63,610 nucleotides of DNA, filler included, from Octopus bimaculoides (GCF_001194135.2; 6 parts of 6 records of this genome joined end to end with filler, not necessarily neighbours in it); one strand, 5' to 3'. Positions 35,260 through 48,735 are shown, numbered from the whole stretch's first letter. Notes: a model not told the origin generated them from the letters alone. Made by a program: numbers and translations.

Positions 35260-35843
35260 GTAAGTGTGTAAGTGTGTGTCTGTGTGTGTGTTTAATAGAA
35301 TGATGAAGGGAGAGCAAGGAGGTGCTGGAGAGCTTGGCAAAGGGGAGATAACTGACGGACAGCTAGCTTTTGGCTGGGGAACGTTGTTTACTGTACGTAC
35401 GTGCATATGGCCATATATGTGTGTGTGTATGCATTCATATAATATATATATATATATAAATATGTGTACGGTTGTGTGTGTGTATGTTTGTGTGAGTGCG
35501 TATGAATGAGAAAGAGTGAGTGACCGTGAGAGAGCAGAGGGACAGATAGGTGTTTAGATGTAGAGGCAGAGAGAGATGGAAAGATGGAGTCTGCGTGAGA
35601 AAGAATGTAGGTGACAAGGAAACATTGTAGTAGCAAGAGATGCAAGGATATGGACAAATAGAGAAGGAAAGAGAGAGAGAGAGAGAGGGACAAAGAGAGA
35701 GAAGGAGAGAGAAAGAGGGGAGAGATATATGAAGAGATGTCGGAATGAGAAAGATAAGGATGGGGAGCTTTTTAGCAAGAAATATAGAGATTGATAGTTA
35801 AGGGGATACGAAAATAGGTTGATAAATTCATAGATAGATAGAC

Positions 35844-35893
<50 letters not shown>

Positions 35894-36929
35894 GCAGGTA
35901 GTTAGGTAGGTAGTTAGGTAGGTAGGTAGGTAGGTAGGTAGGTAGGTAAGTAAATAGATAGAAAGGTACTTTTATGCATGCATGCATACATATCTGGAGA
36001 GACAGATGTACATACAAGCATACAAACACATATGTACGCATACATACATACATACATACATACATACGTACAAACATTTAACAGTGATTGTATGTGTTTG
36101 TGTGTGTGTGNNNNNNNNNNNNNNNNNNNNNNNNNNNNNNNNNNNNNNNNNNNNNNNNNNNNNNNNNNNNNNNNNNNNNNNNNNNNNNNNNNNNNNNNNN
36201 NNNNNNNNNNNNNNNNNNNNNNNNNNNNNNNNNNNNNNNNNNNNNNNNNNNNNNNNNNNNNNNNNNNNNNNNNNNNNNNNNNNNNNNNNNNNNNNNNNNN
36301 NNNNNNNNNNNNNNNNNNNNNNNNNNNNNNNNNNNNNNNNNNNNNNNNNNNNNNNNNNNNNNNNNNNNNNNNNNNNNNNNNNNNNNNNNNNNNNNNNNNN
36401 NNNNNNNNNNNNNNNNNNNNNNNNNNNNNNNNNNNNNNNNNNNNNNNNNNNNNNNNNNNNNNNNNNNNNNNNNNNNNNNNNNNNNNNNNNNNNNNNNNNN
36501 NNNNNNNNNNNNNNNNNNNNNNNNNNNNNNNNNNNNNNNNNNNNNNNNNNNNNNNNNNNNNNNNNNNNNNNNNNNNNNNNNNNNNNNNNNNATATAATAC
36601 ATGATAAAAAAATGTATATATATATATATATGTGGTGGGGAGAGAGAGCGATATTTAGATAGTTACTGTGATAGACAGACAAACAGACAGACAAACAGAC
36701 TGGCGGACAGATTGATAGGTAGATTGAGAGAGAGAGAGAGTGAGAGAGAGAGAGAGAGAGAGTGAGAGAGAGAGAGTGAGAGAGAGAGAGAGAAAGAAAA
36801 GGACGTACAGAAGGAAAGGGAGAAGAGAAAGAAGAGAAAATGTGGAAGTCAAATGTTGAGGAACCAAGAGTCTTTTTTTGCGTAATTCTTGACATTTCCC
36901 CTTAAGATATGGAAGAATTCAGAAGAGAA

Positions 36930-37540
36930 GGAGTAACGAAAAGGGGTCATATGTGTTGTTAGCGCCGACCCTCCAGCACACCCCTAATAAAAAGATGTTT
37001 CCGTGATGGGTGATGCAAGCAATTTGAGAATACCTTTCGGAGTGATGATTGTGCCCTGCATAGTTATGGACTGGCCTTCGTGCCAAGGCATAGCATCCGT
37101 TCAGCCAGCCTGCCAAAGATGTGAAGAGGGAGCGGAAGAGCTCATCTGAGCCAACGGTGCTTCTTCCATTGATGCAAAGCAGAAGAATCCTAGAAGACCA
37201 ACGGTTAGGATCACCAAGTTCTATCAAGAGAGTAACTGCAACGTATGCACAGAGGCGGCGTCCATGGTTGTGTAATCGACCAATGGGAAATTCCTTATGG
37301 CCCAAGATCCCAATTTAAAAGATTAAATTGGATGGTGCAGAAACTCATGGAAAACCGTGCAAGCAGAGCAACTGGATATAGAGTCATAACCGACCCCTTG
37401 TTGAGATACTTGCAGATTATACGGAAGGATTTTCAACATTGCGATTGATTTAGAAGAAAAGCTTGCAAAACCTCTGAGTGGTTCTGGCAGTTTCTGTGTA
37501 GGTCAAAGCATCTTCGAGATATTTATGTCAGCAGAATCCA
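36930..37540 (-). mobile_element. Possible very old RTE RT remnant
   Basis: IFGRLAER..GTK and LFIRGVLEGRR fit RTE AFGRL..TK and ILxGxxEGxRxRG; the rest is not alignable by eye. Confidence 0.3.
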
Positions 37541-37693
37541 ATCTGTTCACTGTAAGACAGTCATGTGCAGTTTTAAGGATATTTGACTGTTGTTTCTAAC
37601 ACATAGAGTGACCACATACACTTCGGTCACTCGTTGGTTCGTTTTAGGTGGTTGCGCATATATCACTGCCATATTGTAGACAAGGGAAATATT

Positions 37694-37895
37694 CTTATCT
37701 ACTCCAGGCACAAGTCCCGAAATCTTGGGGGAGGTGGACAGTCGATTAGTACCCAACTTGTACTTAATTTATCGATCCCGAAAGGATGAAAGGCAAAGTC
37801 AACCTCGGCGGAATTCGAACTCAGAACGTAGCAGCAGACTAAATACCGCTAAGCATTTCACCCGGCGTGCTAACCACTCTGCCAGTTCGCCGCCT
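37694..37895 (-). mobile_element. Young SINE A with target-site duplication
   Basis: Near-intact CpG-retaining copy flanked by tagacaagggaaatatt (37677-37693) and tagacaaaggaaaatatt (37896-37913). Confidence 0.95.
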
Positions 37896-39019
37896 TAGAC
37901 AAAGGAAAATATTAAATAGTCGTAACACGCTACAGTGCTCCAAAGTATTTCATAGCTCTGAAGAGGAGATTCAGTTTTTGAGCCGAAGTCTTTGCTCTAT
38001 TAGGTATCTGTATTTGGTACGAGAAATCCTCAATGAGGAGGGGGCCTTTTATAGCGGGCTTAATGGTTCTAGTTTTGTGGCATTCATGTACAGGAGAAAG
38101 GATGGTGAGGTACAATGATGATATTTTCTTGATTGTATCTTTGTGGTGCTGTTAAAGGGGACAAAATTGATCCTACTGGAGAAAGTTTTCGAAGATTTTC
38201 TTTCTTTGTGTCGGAGGACAAAGATCTTGGAAACTGTCTTTAATGATGCCGTGGTATTTTTGTGTCCTTTATGTATGGAGTAAGAAATTAAAGAATTCGG
38301 TGAGCGTTCAAAGAGATCGAAACGAAAAGGATCGTTTGTATACGACTCGACTTACCCCAAACCAGTTTATCCCTGTGGAAACTTTTCTGACACTTCTCAG
38401 CAGACGCATTGCTCGCCGCTGTTCGGAAAGGATCGATGGGCCACGCTTTCGCGGTCCGTATTCGTACTGAAAAATCGAGATCGAGCGAGCTTTTGCCTTT
38501 TGGGGGGATTTTTTTTGTTTCAAATAAACGGAAGTACCTTCGTACTTAGATGTATTTGAGCGTAATAAGGAGGTTTGATAGTGAAAGTGAATAGATTTAA
38601 CATTTACCATGTATGTGCAGGTATTTAGTACGCAAAGCTTTTTCCCACATACTATTTACTGAACTACAATATGTTTGAGAAGTAGGGGAAAGGAGAATTC
38701 CGCAAAATTTGAAGGGTTTCCATTGTTACTGAAGTTTGGAAGATTGGCGATCTTGCAGGATATATGATGCACGGAAGTGTCCATTGCAGATTCAGATGAT
38801 GGATTTGCAGGAATTGCAGTGTTGAGTAAGAACCATCTGGATCTAGATGTCGCAAACTAGAGATTTTCTTCAAGACACGGTCGAAAAAAGTTAAAATAGA
38901 TTCAGAAAGAAATAGGAAAAGGTTGTCATAAATAAGATGAACAATAATATTGTCAATAAGACATGTTTAACGAGAAAGATCGTCCCACCCCCTCATATAA
39001 AATAAGATTGTCAAAAGTA

Positions 39020-39134
39020 AAATGATGATGATGATGATGAAGAAAAAGAATAGGAGGAAGAAGATGATGATGATTATGAGGATGATGATGATGAAGAAGA
39101 AGAAAAAGAGGGTGAAGAAGAAGAGGAAGAAGAA

Positions 39135-39165
<31 letters not shown>

Positions 39166-39360
39166 GTGATGGTGAAGAAGAAGAAGAAGAAGTTGATGAT
39201 GATGATGATGATGATGATGAAGAAGAAGAAGAAGAAGAAGAAGATGATGACGATGATGATCATGATGAAGAAGAAGAAGAAGAAGAAGAAGAAGAACAAC
39301 AACAACAACAACAACAACAAGAGGCGAGAGGAGGAGGATGATTTCGATGATGAAAAAAAC
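39020..39360. repeat. Compound (GAT)n/(GAA)n/(AAC)n trinucleotide microsatellite
   Basis: Directly visible. Other large SSRs include (ACT)n 16375-16477, (AGT)n 25550-25610, (GT)n 55260-55350, (TTA/TTG)n 56990-57090 and (TC/TTTC)n 49985-50317. Confidence 0.95.
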
Positions 39361-40589
39361 AAGTATAGAATTAATTAGTAAAATAATAAAATAATAGAAG
39401 AATAAAAGAAAGAAGGAAAAGAAATGAAAAAACACATGGATGAAGAATAAGAAAAGAATGAATGAGAGAGAGAGAGAGAGAGAGAGAGCGTCTGTGGGGC
39501 GTCTGTANNNNNNNNNNNNNNNNNNNNNNNNNNNNNNNNNNNNNNNNNNNNNNNNNNNNNNNNNNNNNNNNNNNNNNNNNNNNNNNNNNNNNNNNNNNNN
39601 NNNNNNNNNNNNNNNNNNNNNNNNNNNNNNNNNNNNNNNNNNNNNNNNNNNNNNNNNNNNNNNNNNNNNNNNNNNNNNNNNNNNNNNNNNNNNNNNNNNN
39701 NNNNNNNNNNNNNNNNNNNNNNNNNNNNNNNNNNNNNNNNNNNNNNNNNNNNNNNNNNNNNNNNNNNNNNNNNNNNNNNNNNNNNNNNNNNNNNNNNNNN
39801 NNNNNNNNNNNNNNNNNNNNNNNNNNNNNNNNNNNNNNNNNNNNNNNNNNNNNNNNNNNNNNNNNNNNNNNNNNNNNNNNNNNNNNNNNNNNNNNNNNNN
39901 NNNNNNNNNNNNNNNNNNNNNNGAGAGAGAGAGAGAGAGAGAGAGAGATAGAAGAGAGAAATAAGTAAGATAGATAGGATAGAGAAGAAGAAGAAGAAGA
40001 AGAAGAAGAAGAAGAAGAAGAAGAAGAAGAAGAGCTGGTCAGTAAGTATTTGTACGTTAGTGGGTGGATGTAGCGATGGGGGAGAGATGATCGAGTGTGG
40101 AGTTGGAAAAACAACAGCCGTCACGTCACTTCACGTGACTAGGTTGCCCTCAGCATGTGCACGCGTAACTAATGTCTCTGACTTTCACTCTTTCGTTCCT
40201 ACAGCAGAGAGTAAGTTGGAGGAGAAGGAAGGGGAGGGAGCCGGTTATTTTTAGATTCTGTTCTATCTTTAGACTGTCCCGAAATAGACATCTTGGATCC
40301 AATTTTTCTAATGGAGACGAAGAAATAACAGCGAGAGGGAAATCTTACACCATCAAAAATAGCAGACACACAGACACACGCACACATACACACATGCACT
40401 AAAAATATATATACTCACAATTACACAGACACGCACTAATAAGTTACAGAACACACACACACACACGCACACACACACACACACATCCAAATCGTACAAA
40501 AAGAGCACCGGCTCAAACGAACATTGTATGTGTGGGTGTAGGTAGATTTGTATAAAATACACGAACAGCCAAATGTACATGTGTGTGTA

Positions 40590-40638
<49 letters not shown>

Positions 40639-40756
40639 NNNNNNNNNNNNNNNNNNNNNNNNNNNNNNNNNNNNNNNNNNNNTTAATTAATTAANNNNNN
40701 NNNNNNNNNNNNNNNNNNNNNNNNNNNNNNNNNNNNNNTATATATATATATATATA

Positions 40757-40975
40757 TTGGCGCAGGCGTGGCTGTGTAGTTAGAATCTTGCTTTCCAATC
40801 ACATGGTTCTGGGTTCAGTCCCACTGCGTGGCACCTTGGACAAGTGTCTTCTACTATAACCTCTGGCCGACCAAAGCCTCGTGAGTAGATTTGGTAGACG
40901 GAAACTGAAAGAAGTCCGTCGTATATTTGTGTGTGTGTGTGTGTGTGTGTTTGTCCTCTACCTTCGCTTCACAAC
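40757..40975 (+). mobile_element. SINE B 5' half
   Basis: ggcgcaggcgtggctgtgtag..gggttcagtcccactgcgtggcaccttggacaagtgtcttc; tRNA-like boxes plus an accttgg(g)caagt CORE-like segment. Confidence 0.85.
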
Positions 40976-41335
40976 CGATATATTCTTTTATTGTATTACT
41001 TGCGATAAATGCCAAGCTAATATGAACCACCTCTTTCCAGAGGTAAAAATGAGTTTGCACAGAGCGAACGACCCCCTCCCAGAATGAAAACAAGCTACAG
41101 AAGCATCGATGGCAATTCAAAACAAACGACGTAAGAGTCGAGAACCGTGGGGAAATGTCATCAACAGCTTTTGTTCGCCCAGAAGCGAAGGGCTTCAGTA
41201 CACAAGTAAGCTCCTCACGCAGCAATGAGACCCTTTTCTCAGAGCTACAATGATGTGCCTTTCTTAGGGCGAAAATAAAAGCAATTACAAGAAGGATGAA
41301 TTTTAAGAGATAATAGAGTTTATAATAAAAGAATA

Positions 41336-41540
41336 ATATAAGATGGCGAGCAGGCAGAATCGTTAGCTTAACGGTATTTCGCCCGTCTTCATGTTCTGAG
41401 TTCAAATTCCGCAGAGGTCGACTTCGCTTTTCATCCTTCTGGGGTCAATAAAATAAGTACCAGTTGAACACTGGGGTCGATGTAATCGACTTATCCCCTA
41501 CCAGAAATTGCTGGCCTTGTTATCAAAATTTGGAACCAGT
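41336..41540 (+). mobile_element. SINE A
   Basis: aagatggcgagcaggcagaatcgttagc..gttctgagttcaaattccgcagaggtcgac..ggccttgt..aaaatttggaacca. Confidence 0.9.
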
Positions 41541-41803
41541 AGCTGTTTGGTTCGGAGGGACTTCGCTGGATTGAAGTTTCACGGTTCCAATGTTGCAGCG
41601 TTTTCGATGTGGAATCACTTTCCGACTGATATATAAGTTATTTCATCAAACTTTCCCAAGGCGCAGTCTTCGACACCAAGGTTCGCCATATATTTAAATT
41701 CTCAACTCAACTCGGTTTGACATCGTTCCTTAACTGCAACACTGGACTTCTAGAGCAACAAAAACACAAAAGTTTTACTTCCATCCATTCGGTGAGGGTG
41801 GCC

Positions 41804-41924
41804 TCTCTTATAAGTAGGTTAACAAACCAACAAAACTTTTGTATCAGGCGATTGTTTTTGTGTTGAAGCAGAAACAAAATTCATTTCTACGTATAGGGAG
41901 AACGTAAAATCTCATAGCGTAATG
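41804..41924 (+). repeat. About 121-bp direct repeat, copy 1 (copy 2 at 42746-42867)
   Basis: tctcttataagtaggttaacaaac...ttcatttctacgtata..gagaacgtaaa..cat(a/g)gcgtaatg is present in both. Confidence 0.9.
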
Positions 41925-42745
41925 CGGAACACTTCATAGAAATAGCAACCGAATATTCTTCAAGCCACACCCTTCTGTCTTACAAAAAAGAATCATTTCA
42001 TTATATAGTCAGGGCGGGATAAAACAGAAAAAGAAACAAAAAAGTCGGGGAAGATGGTCAAGGAAGAATGGCTTTGATCACAGACCTACTCAAACAAAAC
42101 TCGCCTAGGGTTAAACTATAGTAAATGGCGAATCTTTCAATCTCGATAGTGGCTGGAGACGTGACGTCATTTTAACCCCAAAATAAAATTCATTAAACAA
42201 CTGTGAAAAAGAAAAAGACAAAAACATTAACACAGCGCTAACTCATAGGAAGTTTGTAATATAAAGCAATATTTATGGAGATAGATAAGACGAGATTTAA
42301 TTTGAAATGAATGATGTTCACTTCAACACGATGATACGGATGAATGTATTTCAACCTCGCACATTCTTGTCGTATATCTTTTCTACTTTTAATACAAATA
42401 ATATTTATATGCTTTCAACTGTGTGTGATAACATAAAAACATCTTCACACTCCGTTGATCAAATTTTTCAACACCAAACAATCTGAAGAGTGTCATAGTT
42501 TGATTTTCCCCAAGCAATGTGCACTCTAGCAGTTATTTCATCTTCGGATCAATAAACACGGATAGGTAAAACAATAGATTTTTCTTTTTTTTTAATCCTA
42601 ATTCCAACCAAAATCTAATCTGTTAAAATTTCCATTTTTAGCATCGCCATTTCTGACAACAATCAATGTCAGATATTCTAAGACTAAACGATTGAAGCAA
42701 TAGATTTAAAATACGATGACAGATATTATGTAAAGCTGTTTGATA

Positions 42746-42867
42746 TCTCTTATAAGTAGGTTAACAAACGAACAAAAACTTTTGTATCAGACGATTGTAT
42801 TTGTGTTGAAGCGGAAACAAAATTCATTTCTACGTATAAGGAGAACGTAAAGTCGCATGGCGTAATG
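42746..42867 (+). repeat. About 122-bp direct repeat, copy 2, running into a SINE C head
   Basis: See 41804-41924; continues as ggttaggagtgttgcac..tttcgattcctg. Confidence 0.9.
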
Positions 42868-42954
42868 GTTAGGAGTGTTGCACTTACGATCGCAAGATCA
42901 CAGTTTCGATTCCTGAACCAAGCAGAGCATTGAGCTCTTGAGCGAAACACTTCA

Positions 42955-43385
42955 TTTTACGCTACGCCGGGCAAAATGCTTTGCGGCAATTCGTCCGACT
43001 TGACGCTCTGTGTTCAAATTATGCAGAGGTCGACTTTGCCTTTCATCCTTTCGGGGTCGATAAACTAAGCATCACTTGGACACTGGGGTAGATGTAATTG
43101 ACTTATTCCCCTCTTCAGAAATTGCTGGCATTGTGCCAATATTTGAAACCATTATTATTATTATTAGTCTAAGGCGGCGAGCTGACGGAGTCGCTAGTAC
43201 GCCGGGCAAAACGCTTAGCGGAATTTCAACCGTCTTTACGTTCTGAATTCGTATTCCGCCGAGGTCGACTTTGCCTTTCATCCTTTCGGAGTTGATAAAA
43301 CAGCTACCAACTGAGCACTGGCGTCACTGGCGTCCACTCAGCCCCTCCCCCGAAACTGCTGGCCTTGTGTCAAAATTTGCAGTCA
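42955..43385 (+). mobile_element. Two SINE A copies in tandem
   Basis: Core at about 42960-43065 with tail to 43150; second copy from aaggcggcgagctg (about 43171) to aaaatttgc (43380). Confidence 0.85.
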
Positions 43386-44069
43386 TTATTATTATTATTA
43401 TTGACTTTTTTTCAGTATATTAGTAGTCATTTGCGAGTTACATTATCCAATAGAGCTACAGAGATTGAGCCTCGTATGATCGTTCTTATCAAATTGGTAA
43501 ACGTTTTGACGGAGTCCTGTTTCGTGTCTATCACAGTTAGCATTTGTCAGCTTGCTACTCACCCTTTATTCAATCCTTTCTATCTTGTTTTATATCCCTG
43601 TTAATTACCGTATAGCACTTCTTTGCTTTCAACAAAACCAATAATTTATCTCAAGCAGCTCCTTATACATTCACTTCATTCAATTTTTATCTGAACGTTA
43701 TTAAGATACGAACGGTATTTAACGTCTCGTTGCTTTTCGGTTTGTAAAGTCGGAATATCATTGATAATTTAGAGTTAAATGTATGTGACTGTTGTTAAGA
43801 TAAAATGCCGCAATAATTTATTTGATGAATGGAATCTGTTGTTAAATGGGAAAAGAAAGGAACGGCACAAGCTTTTTTCTTGCTCTCCCGTTAGAAGTTT
43901 TGTTTTGTTTTGTTTCTTTCTGTAAATTGGTCTGTCATTATTTTCAGTTTTTCAAAATGTTCTTGTTTCTCACGGACAGCAATCCCAGACAGCTAAGTTC
44001 CTTGTTGTTCGCTTGAGAAATATTGCAAAGATTTATAATAATAATAATAAATAATAATAATAATAATAA

Positions 44070-44364
44070 GACCTGGAAATAGAGATAACTCGAATGTGGA
44101 ATCTAAAAACAGAAACAATTCCTATCATAGTAGGTGCCTTAGGTATAATAAAAAAATATTCAGACAAATACATAACAAAAACACCAGGACTTACAAATAT
44201 ATATAACATACAGAAAATTGCACTACTGGGTACTGCACACATTCTACGCAAAACACTTTCAATACAGTAAACATAAGAGCACCACAGCAAACCACAGCAC
44301 ATACCCAAGGCGCACAGAGCTGCGCTCGGTAGTGAAGTGAAAGCACGTTATAAAAATAAAACTA

Positions 44365-44410
<46 letters not shown>
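44070..44410 (+). mobile_element. Young 5'-truncated R4/Dong-type (RLE) retrotransposon 3' end inside (TAA)n
   Basis: Intact 66 aa DLEIEITRMWNLKTETIPIIVGALGIIKK..IQKIALLGTAHILRKTLSIQ* at 44070-44270, a short 3' UTR and an (AAT)n tail; (AAT)n also lies immediately upstream. Confidence 0.9.
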
Positions 44411-44412
<2 letters not shown>

Positions 44413-44545
44413 CGACGTAATCCCTTTGTCTGTCCTTGTTTGTCCCCTCTGTGTGTAGCCAGCCCCTTGTGGGCAGTAAAGAAATAAGAAACGTTAGCAC
44501 ACCGGGCGAAATGCTTAGCGGTATTTCGTCTGTCTTAACGTTCTG
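44410..44545 (+). mobile_element. SINE A long tail fused to a second truncated head
   Basis: ccccttgtgggcagtaaagaaataagaaacgttagcacaccgggcg; same junction as 6717-6750. Confidence 0.8.
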
Positions 44546-45729
44546 TGGATACTGCGACAGACAGCGGGCTAAACTAGTACCTCAAAAGTTCTCTATGTGA
44601 TGATTTGGAATCATGAAAATGGTTAAATTTCAGCAGAACCAAACAGATCGATGAGAATCCAGAATATCGTTAACCTTTATTTATTTCGTTACTTTTATGA
44701 AACGCCCGATATATGCTGTTTGTAAATGTGTGTGACATTAATTTTGTAACAGTTTAGCAGTGGAAGGAATTACAGGAATATCTCAGAGATTAACTGAATT
44801 AAGTGGAACCTGCAAAGGTTGTTCTACATTTCTATGACATGTTGTCAGTGTTAGCATCGCCGTTTAATCGAGTTAAATAATTTTCCATAGACATTCAACA
44901 CTTTAGCACAGTTTAGCATTCTGTAGCAACATGTTCTTCGGAGTTAAAATATATTCGTTTATACAGAAACACGCTGAGCTAAAATTAAATTCCAACAGAT
45001 TATATGAGAAACTACATGAGACTTTGTATGACGCCTGTTTATTCCTCCAGGAGGCGTTGATGACGTGAATGAATGGAAATGGTAACAATGGAGAACAGGA
45101 ATCACATAAAGAACTTAAAATCTAAAAGTACAGGTGCTTAATTAAAATTGTTATTTCTCTTTCTTTTTTTAAATATGATTTTTTTTTAAATGACATTTTA
45201 GCCCTGAAATGTCTAAATTATCAACATAAAAAAACATTTAATCAATAAAACACGAATTACGCAATTGAAACAGCTCTGTAGTAAAAACTTCATCAGTAAT
45301 AACATGTTTAACGTGTATGTGTGTGGTTGAAAACCCAGAGGCTGTGGTTTTTCGTCCGGGAAAAGTTCCTCTAATGATGTAAAGTGGTAAAAAATGTCCT
45401 TTAGAGCTAGGTGAAATGAAATCGCCTCAAAAGTAACCATGAGAGCGACAGATATGTGCTTTCAATGTAGCGTATTCGTGTCACTTCCGAAACAAAATCA
45501 AATCAGTCAGTCTAAAGTATATAGAGATAATGTATAAACTGTACACTGGTTTGCAAAGGCGCCGCATAAGCAGAATAAAATTCGTATTGTGCTATAGAAA
45601 CAGCTTCGGGCTATTCAATTACATGCGTTAAGTATGTTATATTGACAAATATTTAAACAATGACTGAAAAATACTGCTTCCATCGACAGATATAGTTAGT
45701 TATTTGTAAAGATGGCATTTGAACATAAA

Positions 45730-45943
45730 AAATCTTGCGAGCTCGTTAGCACGCCGGGCGAAATGCTTAGCGGTATTTCGTCTGTCTTTCCGTTCTGAGT
45801 TCAAATTCCGCCGAGGTCGACTTTGCCTTTGATTCTTTCGGGGATCAATAAATTAAGTACCAGTTGCGTACTGGAGTCGATCTAATCGACTGGCATCCCC
45901 TCCCCCAAAATTTCGGGTCTTGTGCCTAGAGCAGAAAAGAATA
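45730..45943 (+). mobile_element. SINE A
   Basis: cgttagcacgccgggcgaaatgcttagcgg..gttctgagttcaaattccgccgaggtcgac..cccccaaaatttcggg..agaaaagaat. Confidence 0.9.
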
Positions 45944-46559
45944 TGGTTTTCGTTTTCTTTTTCGAAGATAAAATGATTTTTATAAAAATTATGTTAATTT
46001 TTTATGGTTGTGAAAATAATTTTCTTCTATAAAATAGCGCGATTTAAATATAGGATTCGGGAATTAATTTATGGTAGAACACTTATAATAAATTCCTCAT
46101 TGCGGTCTTATTAAGAAATGATACCACNNNNNNNNNNNNNNNNNNNNNNNNNNNNNNNNNNNNNNNNNNNNNNNNNNNNNNNNNNNNNNNNNNNNNNNNN
46201 NNNNNNNNNNNNNNNNNNNNNNNNNNNNNNNNNNNNNNNNNNNNNNNNNNNNNNNNNNNNNNNNNNNNNNNNNNNNNNNNNNNNNNNNNNNNNNNNNNNN
46301 NNNNNNNNNNNNNNNNNNNNNNNNNNNNNNNNNNNNNNNNNNNNNNNNNNNNNNNNNNNNNNNNNNNNNNNNNNNNNNNNNNNNNNNNNNNNNNNNNNNN
46401 NNNNNNNNNNNNNNNNNNNNNNNNNNNNNNNNNNNNNNNNNNNNNNNNNNNNNNNNNNNNNNNNNNNNNNNNNNNNNNNNNNNNNNNNNNNNNNNNNNNN
46501 NNNNNNNNNNNNNNNNNNNNNNNNNNNNNNNNNNNNNNNNNNNNNNNNNNNNNNNNNNN

Positions 46560-46597
<38 letters not shown>

Positions 46598-47953
46598 ACA
46601 GTGTACGTACACCACTATATTTTTATATATAAAAAATACAAAAATGGGACAAAAACGCAAAACATCCAGACAGTTAGGTGATACAAAAAAAGAGACGGTT
46701 CGACTACCATCCGTGCAACGTCTATATTCCTCCCTGCGCATGTCAAATCGCATGTCCCTGTCGTAAGGCTTTACTTCCACACACGCCAGCTTAATTTAAT
46801 TCGTCCTTAGTCGAAAGACACCTGTTGTTAATGTCCTGTTATTTGTATTTGTGTACCATTTCTCCGGGTTTTTTTCGTCCTTGTTTTCGTATACATTCGC
46901 TGCTTTCTTCCAAGGAATCTAGTGCTCTTAGCTTAGCTTTTCCTTGGGTGTTGGTTTGGTTACGTCCCCGTAACTTAGTTGTTCGGTAAAAAGAGACCGA
47001 CAGAATAGTATTGGTGTCGGTTTGTTCGACTAAAAGCCTTAAAACCGATGCCCCAGTATGGCCGCACTCCAGTAACCAAAACAACTAAAAGAACGATAAA
47101 AGAAAGTNNNNNNNNNNNNNNNNNNNNNNNNNNNNNNNNNNNNNNNNNNNNNNNNNNNNNNNNNNNNNNNNNNNNNNNNNNNNNNNNNNNNNNNNNNNNN
47201 NNNNNNNNNNNNNNNNNNNNNNNNNNNNNNNNNNNNNNNNNNNNNNNNNNNNNNNNNNNNNNNNNNNNNNNNNNNNNNNNNNNNNNNNNNNNNNNNNNNN
47301 NNNNNNNNNNNNNNNNNNNNNNNNNNNNNNNNNNNNNNNNNNNNNNNNNNNNNNNNNNNNNNNNNNNNNNNNNNNNNNNNNNNNNNNNNNNNNNNNNNNN
47401 NNNNNNNNNNNNNNNNNNNNNNNNNNNNNNNNNNNNNNNNNNNNNNNNNNNNNNNNNNNNNNNNNNNNNNNNNNNNNNNNNNNNNNNNNNNNNNNNNNNN
47501 NNNNNNNNNNNNNNNNNNNNNNNNNNNNNNNNNNNNNNNNNNNNNNNNNNNNNNNNNNNNNNNNNNNNNNNNNNNNNNNNNNNNNNNNNNNNNNNNNNNN
47601 NNNNNNNNNNNNNNNNNNNNNNNNNNNNNNNNNNNNNNNNNNNNNNNNNNNNNNNNNNNNNNNNNNNNNNNNNNNNNNNNNNNNNNNNNNNNNNNNNNNN
47701 NNNNNNNNNNNNNNNNNNNNNNNNNNNNNNNNNNNNNNNNNNNNNNNNNNNNNNNNNNNNNNNNNNNNNNNNNNNNNNNNNNNNNNNNNNNNNNNNNNNN
47801 NNNNNNNNNNNNNNNNNNNNNNNNNNNNNNNNNNNNNNNNNNNNNNNNNNNNNNNNNNNNNNNNNNNNNNNNNNNNNNNNNNNNNNNNNNNNNNNNNNNN
47901 NNNNNNNNNNNNNNNNNNNNNNNNNNNNNNNNNNNNNNNNNNNNNNNNNNNNN

Positions 47954-48036
<83 letters not shown>

Positions 48037-48384
48037 GCTGCTGCTGCTGCTGCTGTTGTTGTTCTTCTTGTTAACACTGAAAATTGTTGCCGTTATTTTG
48101 GCAATTCTTCCTAATACACAAAAGATTCGTAATTTCATTTCCGCTTCTCCGAAGAAAGGAATTTGGCTGCCTCCGCCGCCGCCGCCGCCGCCATTACTAT
48201 GGGAATCATCCTGCACGTTGGAACAGGCACGACCATCCCAATATCCGAGCTCTTCCTTCCTGTGAACTACAAGACCTTTGTGCATCGTCAGAAAACACCA
48301 ACATAAACGGTGTTTTCATACACCAGCCAGGAGACTCTTACTACGACTTAACAACATTTACGCCATCGATTAAATGTCTATTGT

Positions 48385-48570
48385 GATAGGCGCATGCGTG
48401 GCTGTGTGGTACGAAGTTTGTCTCTCAACCACATTGTTTCGGGTTCAGTCACCACTGCGTGACACCTTGAGCTATTGTCTTTCGGCTCTAGCCCCGGGTT
48501 GGTCAAAGCCTTCTGAGTGGATTTGACAGATGAAAACTGAAAGAAGCTTGTTGTATATATATACACGTGG
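48385..48570 (+). mobile_element. SINE B 5' half
   Basis: taggcgcatgcgtggctgtgtggtacgaag..cgggttcagtcaccactgcg..gagtggatttgacagatgaaaactgaaagaagc. Confidence 0.8.
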
Positions 48571-48735
48571 AACCGTTAACCCCGACACATTTTCTCTCTC
48601 TCCCTCTCTCCGTTTCTCTTTCTCCCTCTCTCTTTTTCTCTCCATTTTTCTTCTCATCCCTTTCTGTCGAAGAGCGTAGGCTCCAAACGTCAAAGACTTC
48701 ACCATTTTATTCTCGAGCGTCAAAGTAAGACACCT
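48570..48735 (+). mobile_element. Solo Penelope-type terminal repeat with a hammerhead-like motif at 48660-48695
   Basis: cttt-CTGTCGA-a-GAGC-gtag-GCTC-CAA-ACGT-C-aaag; homologous to 9021-9056 (-). Confidence 0.55.

Noticed and set aside
38650-38880. Possible minus-strand exon (open frame FATSRSRW..HIVVQ after a pyrimidine tract)
   Set aside because: No recognisable protein similarity, weak donors and no partner exons; cannot be supported without RNA-seq
39022-39378. Poly-M/K or poly-D/E acidic ORF
   Set aside because: Compound trinucleotide microsatellite; the D/E frame has a stop and there is no splice or codon evidence
42470-42555. EDEITARVHIAWGK (RTE-like) on the minus strand
   Set aside because: A single short motif without supporting neighbours; too weak to annotate
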